A DNA stretch of 64,000 nt, from assembly GCA_038727515.1 (NCBI GenBank), contig JAVYVS010000001.1, forward strand, positions 614,961 to 678,960, read 5' to 3'. Made by a program: the position numbers and the translations under genes. The number at the start of each line of letters is the position of its first letter. The first letter of the stretch is position 1. A model generated the notes under the pieces. That model made no database searches. It was not told where the DNA came from and saw only the letters and a list, made by a program, of their open reading frames with translations. Source of the DNA: Candidatus Methanomethylicia archaeon (GTDB lineage Archaea > Thermoproteota > Methanomethylicia > Culexarchaeales > Culexarchaeaceae). This document shows positions 20,390-30,807 of the stretch, piece after piece.

Positions 20390-21799
20390 GTGTTCAAAAT
20401 ATATAATACCTTAACATCAAGTAAGGAAGTTTTCAGACCAATTAATAGAAGTATTGTTAGAATGTATGTTTGTGGCCCAACAGTTTATGATAAAACCCAT
20501 ATTGGACATGCAAAAGCATATATATCCTTTGACGTTTTAAGAAGGTATTTAGAGTTTAAAGGATATAATGTTTTAAAAGTTGTTAATATAACTGATATAG
20601 ATGATAAGATAATTAGAAAAGCTATTGAAATGAATGTTGATTATAGAGATGTTGCAAAAGAGAATTATGAGGATTTTATTAGGGTATGTGAAAAATTGAA
20701 TATTAGGAAAGCTCATGTATACCCAAAAGCAACAGAACATATTGAAGAAATGATAAAGATCGTAGAGAAACTGATTGAGAAGGGATATGCATATGAAGTT
20801 GATGGTAATGTTTACTTTAATGTTAGAAAGTTTAGAGATTATGGTAAATTATCAAAGATAAATATAGAGCAAATGAAAACTCAAGAAGAAGCTCCTGGAA
20901 AGATAAATCCACAAGATTTCGCACTTTGGAAGAAAGCTAAAATCATGGAACCATATTGGAATAGTCCATGGGGACCTGGAAGACCTGGATGGCATATAGA
21001 ATGCTCAGCAATGTCTTCAAAATATCTTGGGAAACAATTTGATATACATGGTGGTGGAGAAGACCTGATTTTCCCACATCATGAAAATGAAATAGCTCAA
21101 AGTGAAGCATGTTTTGAAAAGAAGCCATGGGTGAAATATTGGGTTCATGTGGGATTATTAATGATGGGTAAAGATAAAATGTCTAAATCCCTTGGAAACA
21201 TAATAACTGTTGAAGAAATAACAAAGAAATATTCACCAATGGAGTTTAGATTCTACATAATAAGTGGACATTATAGGAGTCAAACAATATTCCAAGAAGA
21301 AAGCCTTGAAGCAATGAGAAATGCATATAAGAGAATTATAAATACCATATCCATATTGAAAAACACAGCTATATTTGGAAAGGAGAAAACAAATGATGAT
21401 ACATTAAAAAATATAATTATTGTTAGTAGAATTAGAAGAAGGATTATTGAAGCAATGGATGATGATTTAAATACACCAAAAGCATTAGCAGAATTACATA
21501 AATTAACAAGTTTTGTAAATGATAAAGTAATACCAAGTGAAAATGCTATAACAGCAAGATTAGCTTTGAAAATATATAGTGAAATGAATGAAATTTTAGG
21601 GGTTTTTAAAGAGGTATTTGAAGAAAGAATTGAAGAAGATAAGAGACTAAATGAATTGATAAACTTACTTATATCAATTAGACAGATACATAGAGCAAGG
21701 AAAGAATGGGAAATTGCAGATTTAATAGCTAAGAATTTAAGAGATATGGGAATAGAGATTTCGGATCAAAAGGATAAAACTATATGGTGGTTTAAGTAG
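20390..21799 (+). CDS. cysS: Cysteine--tRNA ligase
   Basis: MYVCGPTVYD, HIGH, NITDIDDKII, GRPGWHIECSAM, HHENEIAQ, KMSKS. Confidence 0.98.
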   Translation: MFKIYNTLTSSKEVFRPINRSIVRMYVCGPTVYDKTHIGHAKAYISFDVLRRYLEFKGYNVLKVVNITDIDDKIIRKAIEMNVDYRDVAKENYEDFIRVCEKLNIRKAHVYPKATEHIEEMIKIVEKLIEKGYAYEVDGNVYFNVRKFRDYGKLSKINIEQMKTQEEAPGKINPQDFALWKKAKIMEPYWNSPWGPGRPGWHIECSAMSSKYLGKQFDIHGGGEDLIFPHHENEIAQSEACFEKKPWVKYWVHVGLLMMGKDKMSKSLGNIITVEEITKKYSPMEFRFYIISGHYRSQTIFQEESLEAMRNAYKRIINTISILKNTAIFGKEKTNDDTLKNIIIVSRIRRRIIEAMDDDLNTPKALAELHKLTSFVNDKVIPSENAITARLALKIYSEMNEILGVFKEVFEERIEEDKRLNELINLLISIRQIHRARKEWEIADLIAKNLRDMGIEISDQKDKTIWWFK

Positions 21800-22757
21800 T
21801 TTCAATCATACCTAAAGCTTCATATACTGCAGCTAAAAGTATTGGTAATATTATTGTGGCATCACCATAAACAGTAACCTTTTTAGCTTTAGGTTTAACC
21901 TTACCCCAGCTCACAGCTTCTCTAATATGAGCACCACTTAAACTACCATCATATTCAAATGCAGTAGTAACATATACAACATAATCCAAACCACCTTTAA
22001 ATTGATTCCACCATATCGTATGATGTTTTGAAATCCCACCACCAATAATTAATGCACCAGTAATTTCACTATCAAATATTATATCTGAAAGCTCTTTTTG
22101 ATCCTTTAATAAATCAATATTAAATTTGTGGGATTGTGAATACATGAATAAACTTGTTCCAAAGGATGAATCCACAATTCCAGGAACATATACTGGTATA
22201 TTCATTAAATATGCTTGTCTTAAAAATGAATTTTGATCTTCCAATACAGCGCCAACTTCACTTAAAATTTCCCTAACCCCCCAAACACATTTAATCTTTG
22301 TAAGTTTATCAAGTAAATTCCAAGTAAATTTCTCAATGATCAAACCATAAGAAGACTCTGGAATTAAGATGTTTCCAAGTCTGAAGATTCCATGTTCCTT
22401 CAACATAGAATCATCAAGTTGGAAATCTCCATGATAATATTTACCACCCATAGATCTAGCTATATCGTGGTCAATAGATCCACCCGTAGTTATAATGACA
22501 TCAATTAAACCCTTACCAATAAGTTCAGATATAACCCCCCTTAAACCAGTTGCCAATAAATTTGCTGTAAAGGATAAGAAAACTTTACATGAATTATCAT
22601 TAAACATATCAATTAAAATTCTGTATGCATCATATACAAATTTAGAGGAAAAACCACCCATTAGACCATATCGTTCAACTAAATCCTTTAAACTCAATTT
22701 TTCACAAACTTTAATATCAACAACCATATCATGCAAGAACTGTGACAATATAAGCAC
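21792..22757 (-). CDS. dys: Deoxyhypusine synthase
   Basis: SFTANL..TGLRG, DHD, IGGGISKHH, DGSLSGA..EAVSWGK, GDAT. Confidence 0.96.
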   Translation of the reverse strand: MLILSQFLHDMVVDIKVCEKLSLKDLVERYGLMGGFSSKFVYDAYRILIDMFNDNSCKVFLSFTANLLATGLRGVISELIGKGLIDVIITTGGSIDHDIARSMGGKYYHGDFQLDDSMLKEHGIFRLGNILIPESSYGLIIEKFTWNLLDKLTKIKCVWGVREILSEVGAVLEDQNSFLRQAYLMNIPVYVPGIVDSSFGTSLFMYSQSHKFNIDLLKDQKELSDIIFDSEITGALIIGGGISKHHTIWWNQFKGGLDYVVYVTTAFEYDGSLSGAHIREAVSWGKVKPKAKKVTVYGDATIILPILLAAVYEALGMIETT

Positions 22758-22758
22758 C

Positions 22759-23010
22759 TCAAGTTAATGGGAGCCCTTTACAGTGAACCTTACCAGAAAC
22801 TCTCCTAATAAAATTTTTACATGTAAAACATATTAGAAATGGAACTTCACCACCACATATAGGACATGAAATCACTTCTTTACGCATATTTGTAAGCATT
22901 TTACCTCCAACAACACCCTTAATCTCATCTAAAATTTCTTTGGGGACCTTTTGAACTTTATCCACCTTCTTAATTTCAACTACATACTTAACTTCACTCA
23001 AATAATACAC
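22759..23010 (-). CDS. Small Cys-rich hypothetical protein (putative Zn-binding)
   Basis: CPIC...CFTC...C; lies immediately upstream of dys on the same strand; start uncertain. Confidence 0.75.
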   Translation of the reverse strand: MYYLSEVKYVVEIKKVDKVQKVPKEILDEIKGVVGGKMLTNMRKEVISCPICGGEVPFLICFTCKNFIRRVSGKVHCKGLPLT

Positions 23011-23099
23011 CTGAAAGACACTTTAACCATGCATAAGATAAATCTTACGATAAATCAAATTTTAATACCTAAACATAATAAATATGGTAGGAGAGAATT

Positions 23100-23456
23100 G
23101 TGAGTAGTAGAAGTACACCAATAGATTTAGCATCAAAAGATTATCAAGCAGCAAAGAAATATGCAATACAAGTATATTTAGAAGGGGTAGATGTAGCTAT
23201 AAAAGTTGCACAACAATCAAAGGAGAAATATGGACTTAGTGAAAAGGAATACATAACCATATTGGATAGCATACTAGACAAAACCATAAGCCCACTAAAA
23301 TATCTAATACAAGAATATGAACATTTACCAGAAGACATAAAAGACTTATTCAGAACAGAAGAAGAAAGAGATATTGAAAGGAGAATTTCAGAATTAGTTT
23401 CAAAAAGATTATCAAAGATAATTGAAGAAGCAGAAAAATTTGGAAGACAAAAATGA
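23100..23456 (+). CDS. Hypothetical helical protein
   Basis: 118-aa ORF, GGAG SD, first gene of a plus-strand cluster. Confidence 0.75.
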   Translation: MSSRSTPIDLASKDYQAAKKYAIQVYLEGVDVAIKVAQQSKEKYGLSEKEYITILDSILDKTISPLKYLIQEYEHLPEDIKDLFRTEEERDIERRISELVSKRLSKIIEEAEKFGRQK

Positions 23457-23478
23457 TTATGTAAATTGTTTGAGCTAA

Positions 23479-25062
23479 GTGAAGAACATTTCAAGTAGGA
23501 AATTAATAGTATGTAAATGGAAGAAGATTAGGGGGAGAATAAAAGGTAAAAATGATTGGACAATGGAAATAGCTCCAATATTAGCCATAATAACAATACT
23601 ACTTCTAAAGAAGAGTTACTTCATTGATATAATCATGAAGAACATTGAAATAATCATACTAGTAGCAATGACCATAACAATTTCAACGATTATCACTGTT
23701 AAATTGAAAAACAAAAATAAAGTATTTATTGGGTTAAATGGATTAAGACCAGTCTACCTAGATCTATCTGGAAATAAACATATAGTGATATTTGGAATGA
23801 CTGGAAGTGGAAAAACAGAAACTGCAAAAAGAATCCTAAAAAGTGTAAATAAAAAGAAGTTAATAATAGATTGGTCTGGTGAATATACCGATTATAAGTC
23901 TATTGAACCATCAGAATTAAAAATAGATTTGAAGAAAGAAGATATAATAGATGCCATTATAAGTACATTCCAACTAACAATACCACAACAAACATTACTA
24001 ATAGAAGCAAGTAAAAGAGGGGGAGGATTAAAGGAAATAATAGAAGAAATAAAAAAGATAAACTATCAAAGCGATTCAGGAAGAGAGGTAAAAGATGCAT
24101 TAATCAGAAAACTATCCATACTAGAAAAATTAAACTTATTTAATGGAAATAAAAATTTAGCAGAAGTAGAAGCGATAAATTTATCGAAAATAACATTTGA
24201 AGCAAAAAAGCTTGTTACAAACATAATATTGAAATCATTTTATAATAATCCAGAACCAAGAATCCTAGTAATAGAAGAAGCACAAAACATCATGCCAAGA
24301 CAAAATCAAGAAACAATAAATGTAACAGAACTGATAATAAATGAAATTAGGAAATATGGTGTAAACGTAATATTAATAGCTCAAACTCCAAGCCAAATAT
24401 CAAACGTATATAGAAATGCGGAATATGTTATAATCCATAGATTAAGATTAACACATCATGAAATCCAAGAACTAGGACTAAAAATGGAGGAAGCAGAAAA
24501 AATATCAAAATTAAATTTAGGAGAATGTATAATTATAAGTGGAGGGGAGAAGAGAGAAGTCAGGTTAATAGGGGTAAAGGGGATTATTAAAAATATAAGC
24601 AAAATTAAATATGAAAATACAGTGAAAGATGAAATAGAGCGCATTAATATAAGAAATTTAGAGGAAGATTATGAGATAATCAAAAGAAAAGTAATAGAAC
24701 TTGAAGAAAATTATAAACAATTAATTGAAAAATATAGAAGAATAGAGAAGGTAAAAATAGCTGAAAACCCAATAAGCCTCGGGGAATTTATAGATAGAAC
24801 TGAAGATAAATTGGTAAAGATATCAACATCAATAAGTATTTTAAAAGATAAAATGGAATCAATAGAAGAAAAGACCTCTAAAAACAATTTGGACAAACAA
24901 AATTTTGAAAGTATAATTGGAAAAATAGAAAAACAAACCATTACAAATTCAAATAGAATAATAGAATTGGAGCGAAGGGTAGATGACATCTTGGATAAAA
25001 TGAAGAGATTTGAATATTGGGTTAAGGAGGTAATATCACAAATTGAAGATAGAATACGATAA
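23479..25062 (+). CDS. Membrane-anchored HerA/FtsK-superfamily ATPase (DUF87-like) with C-terminal coiled coil
   Basis: Two N-terminal hydrophobic helices, HIVIFGMTGSGKT Walker A, IIDWSGEY, ILVIEEAQ Walker B, RKYGV..ILIAQ.P, IHRL; about 150 aa of heptad-rich tail; start could be ATG at 23563. Confidence 0.85.
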   Translation: MKNISSRKLIVCKWKKIRGRIKGKNDWTMEIAPILAIITILLLKKSYFIDIIMKNIEIIILVAMTITISTIITVKLKNKNKVFIGLNGLRPVYLDLSGNKHIVIFGMTGSGKTETAKRILKSVNKKKLIIDWSGEYTDYKSIEPSELKIDLKKEDIIDAIISTFQLTIPQQTLLIEASKRGGGLKEIIEEIKKINYQSDSGREVKDALIRKLSILEKLNLFNGNKNLAEVEAINLSKITFEAKKLVTNIILKSFYNNPEPRILVIEEAQNIMPRQNQETINVTELIINEIRKYGVNVILIAQTPSQISNVYRNAEYVIIHRLRLTHHEIQELGLKMEEAEKISKLNLGECIIISGGEKREVRLIGVKGIIKNISKIKYENTVKDEIERINIRNLEEDYEIIKRKVIELEENYKQLIEKYRRIEKVKIAENPISLGEFIDRTEDKLVKISTSISILKDKMESIEEKTSKNNLDKQNFESIIGKIEKQTITNSNRIIELERRVDDILDKMKRFEYWVKEVISQIEDRIR

Positions 25063-26863
25063 ATACTTTCCCTATCGAGAATACAGAAATGGACAAATAG
25101 AATTGATAGAAAAAGTTATGGATACAATATTAAATGGTGAAAACATTATTTTAAGAGCCCCATCAGGATTTGGAAAAACCATAACAGTACTTACAGCCAT
25201 CATACCCATCTTAGAAAGATTAGAGGATAATAGAGTTATATGGCTTTGTAGAACACATAGGGAAAATAATAGGGTTATAGAAGAAATAAAGAAGATTAAA
25301 AATATACCCAATACAATAAATGCTATAACTTTAGAAGCTAGAACAAAGATGTGTATAAAAAGTTTAGATAAAGATTTAAAGAAAGATCATGAAGCATTCT
25401 CAATATTGTGTTCAGAATTAAGAAGACAAGGGAAATGTGAATATTATGATAAGAAAAAGATAGAAGGTATAGAGATACCACAGGTATGTGGTGTAAAAGA
25501 ACTTATAGAAATATGTGAGAAAAATAATGTATGCCCTTATGAAGTTGCAAAAAGAGAAGCATCCATACGTAGAATACTAATAGCAAATTATAATTACATG
25601 TTAATACCACAAATAATGAAAACCTTAAATCTAAAATTAAAAAACTCAATACTAATAGTAGATGAAGCACATAATCTACCAGAAATAGCAGTAAATATGG
25701 AAATGGAAAAGATAACAATTAGAGGATTAGAAGAAACTATCATAGAAATGGAGAGAGAAGATTTAATTCAAGAAATAGAGATAATTGAACAATTAATGAA
25801 AATCATAGTTAAAGAAAGCAATGTGGAAGTAGTAATAGAAAAAGATCGTCTAAAAAGAGCCATTGAAGAAGTATGTGGAAATTTAAGTGATATAGCATTG
25901 AAATTAATTACTGAGGGAGATAGGATAAGACATAGACTTGCAAAAGAAGGTAAGAAACCAATTTCACATATACATCACCTAGGAAAATTTTTGAAAAAAT
26001 TTCAAAGCATAGTGGAAAAAGAAGAATATGCAGTATTTTCTGGAAATAGTGAAATGTGGATAGAATGCTTCGATCCATCAAATATCCTAAGGAAAATATA
26101 TGGCACATTTAATGCTACAATAAGTATGTCAGGAACCATAGATGAAAAATATGGAGAATTAATAGGAATACAAAAATATAGATATGTAAAAACAACATAC
26201 ACAAATAGCAAAAATATACTACCAATAATTGTTGAAAATGTATCCACAGATTACGAAGAAAGAAGTTTGGAGATGTATCAAAAAATAAATGAGTACATAT
26301 TCATATTATCGGAGAATACTAAGATGGGTATAGGGGTATTCACAGCATCATATAAAGTTTTAGAGGGGCTAATCGAGGCAGGCATAAAAAAATTAATGAA
26401 ACCAATATACATTGAAGAACAAAATGAAGATCCAAGAACAAGCGAATGGAAAATAGAAGCATATAAGGAAAAAGCACGAAATGAGGGAGCCATATACCTT
26501 GGAGTTTGTGGTGGAAGAGCAAGTGAAGGAGAAGATTTCCCAGGAAGAGAAATGGATATAGTATTACTTGTTGGAATACCATTCCCAGAACCTTCAATAA
26601 GAATAGATAAGAAAAATGAATACTATGAAAAAAGATTTGGAGAAAAAGGGAAATTATACAGTTATATTTTACCAGCAATATGGAAGGCATCACAAGCAGC
26701 TGGAAGAGCTATAAGAGGACATGAAGATAAAGGGATAGTGGTATACTTAGATAGAAGGTATAAAAGATATATTGACTTACTCCCAGAATGGTTAAAACCG
26801 AGAAAAATTATAAAAGAACCTGAACAATTAAAAGAGGAAGTAATATTTTTCTTCACACCATAA
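25043..26863 (+). CDS. xpd: XPD/Rad3 family Fe-S DNA helicase
   Basis: FPY..YR.GQ Q-motif, APSGFGKT, Fe-S cysteines ending in CPY, DEAHN, MSGT, SEGEDF, QAAGRAIR. Confidence 0.93.
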   Translation: MKIEYDKYFPYREYRNGQIELIEKVMDTILNGENIILRAPSGFGKTITVLTAIIPILERLEDNRVIWLCRTHRENNRVIEEIKKIKNIPNTINAITLEARTKMCIKSLDKDLKKDHEAFSILCSELRRQGKCEYYDKKKIEGIEIPQVCGVKELIEICEKNNVCPYEVAKREASIRRILIANYNYMLIPQIMKTLNLKLKNSILIVDEAHNLPEIAVNMEMEKITIRGLEETIIEMEREDLIQEIEIIEQLMKIIVKESNVEVVIEKDRLKRAIEEVCGNLSDIALKLITEGDRIRHRLAKEGKKPISHIHHLGKFLKKFQSIVEKEEYAVFSGNSEMWIECFDPSNILRKIYGTFNATISMSGTIDEKYGELIGIQKYRYVKTTYTNSKNILPIIVENVSTDYEERSLEMYQKINEYIFILSENTKMGIGVFTASYKVLEGLIEAGIKKLMKPIYIEEQNEDPRTSEWKIEAYKEKARNEGAIYLGVCGGRASEGEDFPGREMDIVLLVGIPFPEPSIRIDKKNEYYEKRFGEKGKLYSYILPAIWKASQAAGRAIRGHEDKGIVVYLDRRYKRYIDLLPEWLKPRKIIKEPEQLKEEVIFFFTP

Positions 26864-26905
26864 AAATTAATAAATTAGACCATGTAAAATAAGTTCAGAG
26901 AAATA

Positions 26906-27274
26906 TTGAGCATGGAAGATTATATTTTAGAAATGATCACAGCATCTCAAGAAAAATTTGAAATAAAACTGTTAAGGGCAATAGCCCCATTAACAACATT
27001 CGAAATTATAAAGAAATTACCATTAAAAGCAACATTACTAGTTTATAAGGGGAAAATATACATACCAATAGAAATCAATATCAAAGGGGAAAAAACTTTG
27101 AATAAAGCTTTAAAAGGGGATGTAACATACTCCAGTATAAATAAAGCAATAATAATACATTTAGAAGAAGAATCCGTAAAATCAGAAACAAAGATTGGAG
27201 TAGCTTTAAACATTGAAAATCTAGGTAAGATTAAAAGTGGAACAAGCATATTATTAAGGAGGAAGGAATATTGA
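26906..27274 (+). CDS. Cyclophilin-like fold protein
   Basis: APLT...I.KKLP, GE.....KGDVTY, IG pattern typical of archaeal cyclophilin-like small proteins. Confidence 0.6.
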   Translation: MSMEDYILEMITASQEKFEIKLLRAIAPLTTFEIIKKLPLKATLLVYKGKIYIPIEINIKGEKTLNKALKGDVTYSSINKAIIIHLEEESVKSETKIGVALNIENLGKIKSGTSILLRRKEY

Positions 27275-28080
27275 GGGTATATGTAGCTGGAATAAGAGAT
27301 TTAAGTTTAATAGATTATCCAAGACATCCATGTATAGTAATATGGTTTCAAGGATGCAACTTTAGATGCCAATACTGCTATAACTATGAGTTATGGGAAA
27401 TGAGAAATGAAAATTTGTTAATGATAGATGAAATAGTTAGGAGGATAATTGAAGTAAAAGATATTGTAGAAGCATGTAAGATAACTGGTGGAGAACCATC
27501 AATACAATCTGAAGCTCTAATGAGTATTGGAGAAGAATGTAAAAAGATAAAATTAAAATTTGGAATTGATACAAATGGTACGAATCCAAGAATAATAGAA
27601 AAGTTAATTGAAGGGGAAATAGTAGATCATATAGCAATAGATTTGAAAGCACCATTAAATGTTAATGATTACACAAAAATAGTTGGAATTAAAATAGAAC
27701 AAAAAGACCTAGAAAATATAAAGAGAACAATAAAATTAGCTTTTGAAAGCAATTTAGAAAGTGTTGAAATAAGAATCCCAATAATTAGGAGTCTAAATAA
27801 TAATCCAGATAAAATGTTGAATTTGAAAAATGATCTATTAGAGTTGGGATACGTGAAAGCTATTGAAGATGGAAAAAATGTAAGTATAGAGGTATTAGAG
27901 GTTATACATGAATTAGCTGCAAATAAAGAACTTAGATTACAAAAGAATTTAACAATCAATGAAATAGTATATTTAAGTGAAGCTATAGGTTTACCAAAGA
28001 TATATATTAGACATAGAGATTTAGGTTTAAGGATGAGCTTAAGTCATGCAAAGGAAAACATTAGGAAAATTAAATCTTAA
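27271..28080 (+). CDS. nrdG: Anaerobic ribonucleotide reductase activating enzyme (radical SAM)
   Basis: SLIDYP, GCNFRCQYCYN, TGGEP, DTNG, IAIDLKAP; convergent with nrdD. Confidence 0.92.
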   Translation: MRVYVAGIRDLSLIDYPRHPCIVIWFQGCNFRCQYCYNYELWEMRNENLLMIDEIVRRIIEVKDIVEACKITGGEPSIQSEALMSIGEECKKIKLKFGIDTNGTNPRIIEKLIEGEIVDHIAIDLKAPLNVNDYTKIVGIKIEQKDLENIKRTIKLAFESNLESVEIRIPIIRSLNNNPDKMLNLKNDLLELGYVKAIEDGKNVSIEVLEVIHELAANKELRLQKNLTINEIVYLSEAIGLPKIYIRHRDLGLRMSLSHAKENIRKIKS

Positions 28081-30328
28081 TTCTATACCTATCTTTCAAC
28101 TCCCTCCTCTTAGCCATATTCCATCCACTAACATCTTGATAGTATCCAGTAACTCTACTCCACCATTTCACATTATTAGAACCACAATTTGGACATTTAT
28201 CATTTAACAATGGAGAAACAGTTGCACAATCACTACATATAGTTAAATCCTTAGTATAACTGAAATATCCTATTTGAGTTTCCGTAGCAATTTTCTTCGT
28301 GAGTTTAAATAGAGCTTCAGGATCTGGATATGCTTCACCAAGCCATATATGGAATATGTTTCCACCAGATAATAATGGGAAGAATTTATGTTCAATATCT
28401 ATTTTTCTAGCTAATGGGATGTTTGCACCAACATATACATGTGTACCATTGCTATAGTATACTGGGACATCCCTTTCATCGCTCTCAAGCATCTTCTTAG
28501 CGGTTTCCAAATCCCCTTTAACAACTTTACTAGCTGCATCTCTATATTCATCTGATAATAGATCTGCAACTGCAAGCCTCTGAGCGCAACTTTCAGCTGG
28601 AGTTCTAGCTAAAGCAATTTTATAATTAAATTTAGATTCCAATTCATCTCTATATTTACGCATAGCTAAAATTACTTTTACAAGTAATTTCACAGCTTCA
28701 TTAGATTCATGCAATTGATAACCAGTATGCCATTGAGCCATTTCATTACCGCCAACTAAACCTATAACGAAAACCAAATTATTGAAATCCACTGCAGGAG
28801 GACCTCTCTTACCAGTTCTAGGATCTAATGGTCTTTGAGTTGCAAAGGGTAGACGTCCATTCTTAATCATAAGGTTCATCCACTTTAATTTAACTTTAAA
28901 TACATCTAATGATAAATCCATGAGTCTATATATTTCTTCTAAGAGTTTATCATCATCACCCTTAGCCTTATATGCAACTCTAGGAAGATTTAAACTAACA
29001 ACTTGCCATGCACCCATGCTAAAATGTTTACCATCAATAAAGTAAACTTTATCATTAAATGAGGAATCACTTTCAGGGGTTTCAGTGAAAGAGTATGCAC
29101 AACATTGGTAACATGATACACCCTTACCATATCCTCTATATGCTGGAAGAGCATTATCAAAGTATGGAGAACCGAATTTTGAAACAACTTTATGGACGAG
29201 CATCCATTCATCATAGTAATCATCTTTAAGAGCTTCAGGAGTTATGTAAGTTTCAAGTTTTGGGAAATTGAATGGTTTACCCCAAAAATCACCTTTAAAT
29301 GCAACTTCATATATAGCTCTAAAGAATAATCTAGCTTCTTCTTCAAAACTTCCATAGGTATCCTCACTAACAACACCTCTATAAACAACAGGTTTATCAC
29401 GCCAAATCTCGGGGACTGTTGGTGAAAGTTGAATATTGGAAAAGACTAATTGACCTCCTCTAGCAACATAACATTGAGTTAATTCATAAAACATCATTTG
29501 AGCCAATTGTTTGATTTCTTCATATGATAATCCTTCCATAAATGGTGCAAGAAAAACATTATAGTTATAGAAACCCTGTCCACCTGAGAAATTAGTTTGT
29601 GCAGCTGCAAGTATCTTAACTGAATGTAAAATAGCTACTTCAGGATGTTTAGCAGGACCAGCAACACTAGTTTTAAATCCAGTTCCATCGGGCATTAAAC
29701 CATAATATAAGAAGTATCGTAAATCATGATCTTGACAGAATGGTCTAGTTCCAAAATACTCTAAATCATGAATATGAATATCACCCTTCAAATGAGCATC
29801 AGCAATATGTATGGGTAGGAGCAAGAGATATTGTTCTTTAGAAAGCTTATCAGCCTTCTTCTTATGGGAAGTTTCAGGATTAGGCTGTAAATTAGCGTTT
29901 TCCTTAGCTTCAAAACCTAATCCAATATCGATGAGATAAGCATCATATACAGGTGCTCCAACTCTAGTTAAAACATTCCTATATACTATGTATACAGGCT
30001 TATTATTAGACCATTCAAGCAAAATATTATTTACAACTTCTCTAATTAATGGAGCACTCACGAAAAATGCCTTCATACTCTTAATTCTACGTTCAGCTTC
30101 TAAAGCTATAGCCTCAGCTTCCTCCCTACTTATAGGAGGAATACCAAAGAATTCTTCTGCCAATTGAGTTTCCTTTAAAAGCTGTTTTACAATTTTAGAT
30201 CTATCCCAAGGCTCAAAATATCCACTACTAGTTCGAACAAGTATTAATTCATCATCCTTACCCTTAAGATTAACAGTAGATTTATCGATCCAACCATTAT
30301 ATCCATTAAGCCAATCAACCAAGCTCAA
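28070..30328 (-). CDS. nrdD: Class III anaerobic ribonucleoside-triphosphate reductase
   Basis: N-terminal ATP-cone-like region, ENAN, HIHDLEY, PFC, FNFPK, QCC, TPAES, YSNGTH, CSDC/CPNC Zn site, SRVTGYY glycyl-radical loop. Confidence 0.97.
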   Translation of the reverse strand: MSLVDWLNGYNGWIDKSTVNLKGKDDELILVRTSSGYFEPWDRSKIVKQLLKETQLAEEFFGIPPISREEAEAIALEAERRIKSMKAFFVSAPLIREVVNNILLEWSNNKPVYIVYRNVLTRVGAPVYDAYLIDIGLGFEAKENANLQPNPETSHKKKADKLSKEQYLLLLPIHIADAHLKGDIHIHDLEYFGTRPFCQDHDLRYFLYYGLMPDGTGFKTSVAGPAKHPEVAILHSVKILAAAQTNFSGGQGFYNYNVFLAPFMEGLSYEEIKQLAQMMFYELTQCYVARGGQLVFSNIQLSPTVPEIWRDKPVVYRGVVSEDTYGSFEEEARLFFRAIYEVAFKGDFWGKPFNFPKLETYITPEALKDDYYDEWMLVHKVVSKFGSPYFDNALPAYRGYGKGVSCYQCCAYSFTETPESDSSFNDKVYFIDGKHFSMGAWQVVSLNLPRVAYKAKGDDDKLLEEIYRLMDLSLDVFKVKLKWMNLMIKNGRLPFATQRPLDPRTGKRGPPAVDFNNLVFVIGLVGGNEMAQWHTGYQLHESNEAVKLLVKVILAMRKYRDELESKFNYKIALARTPAESCAQRLAVADLLSDEYRDAASKVVKGDLETAKKMLESDERDVPVYYSNGTHVYVGANIPLARKIDIEHKFFPLLSGGNIFHIWLGEAYPDPEALFKLTKKIATETQIGYFSYTKDLTICSDCATVSPLLNDKCPNCGSNNVKWWSRVTGYYQDVSGWNMAKRRELKDRYRIKI

Positions 30329-30585
30329 CTCCTCCCTAAAATCTTCAAAATAAATTCACTTCTCAATTTAGAATCTTCAAAAAGGTCATTTACAAAGAAG
30401 TATCTTCCATCAACCTCAAGTATTGGAACTGAAGTTACAAAAACATTATTCATTATGAGTTCAGTCATAACATTAATATTTGATATATCCATCTCTAAAT
30501 ATTTAACTCCAATACTACTTAAAAAGTTCTTTAAAATCATACATAAAGGACAGTTTGGCGATGTAAAAATCTTAACAACAGACAT
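30325..30585 (-). CDS. Glutaredoxin/NrdH-like redoxin
   Basis: FTSPNCPLC and SVPILEVDG; overlaps the nrdD start by 4 nt. Confidence 0.88.
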   Translation of the reverse strand: MSVVKIFTSPNCPLCMILKNFLSSIGVKYLEMDISNINVMTELIMNNVFVTSVPILEVDGRYFFVNDLFEDSKLRSEFILKILGRS

Positions 30586-30807
30586 ACAAGTTATAATGTA
30601 TAATTAGGGTGTGTAAAAACTTATCCATTTGATAACATTAATGCCAAAGATAGGTTATGAGGAGAATGAAATTTTTAATAAACATTTAAATGCAATATAA
30701 AACCGAATGGGAAATATTGGACCCACAACAAAATATCTACACAAAAACTTCAAAGAAAAACGTAATTTAATTAATAGAAACTTAAACTAAAAAGGAAAAC
30801 CATGGAT

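Noticed and set aside
28070-30328. Intein or intron in nrdD (also checked in lig, tfb, TIP49 and the helicases)
   Set aside because: Protein lengths are normal and no intein splice motifs or homing-endonuclease blocks were seen
30720-30750. Possible NrdR-box-like sequence upstream of the redoxin-nrdD unit
   Set aside because: Poor palindrome, single copy and AT-rich background
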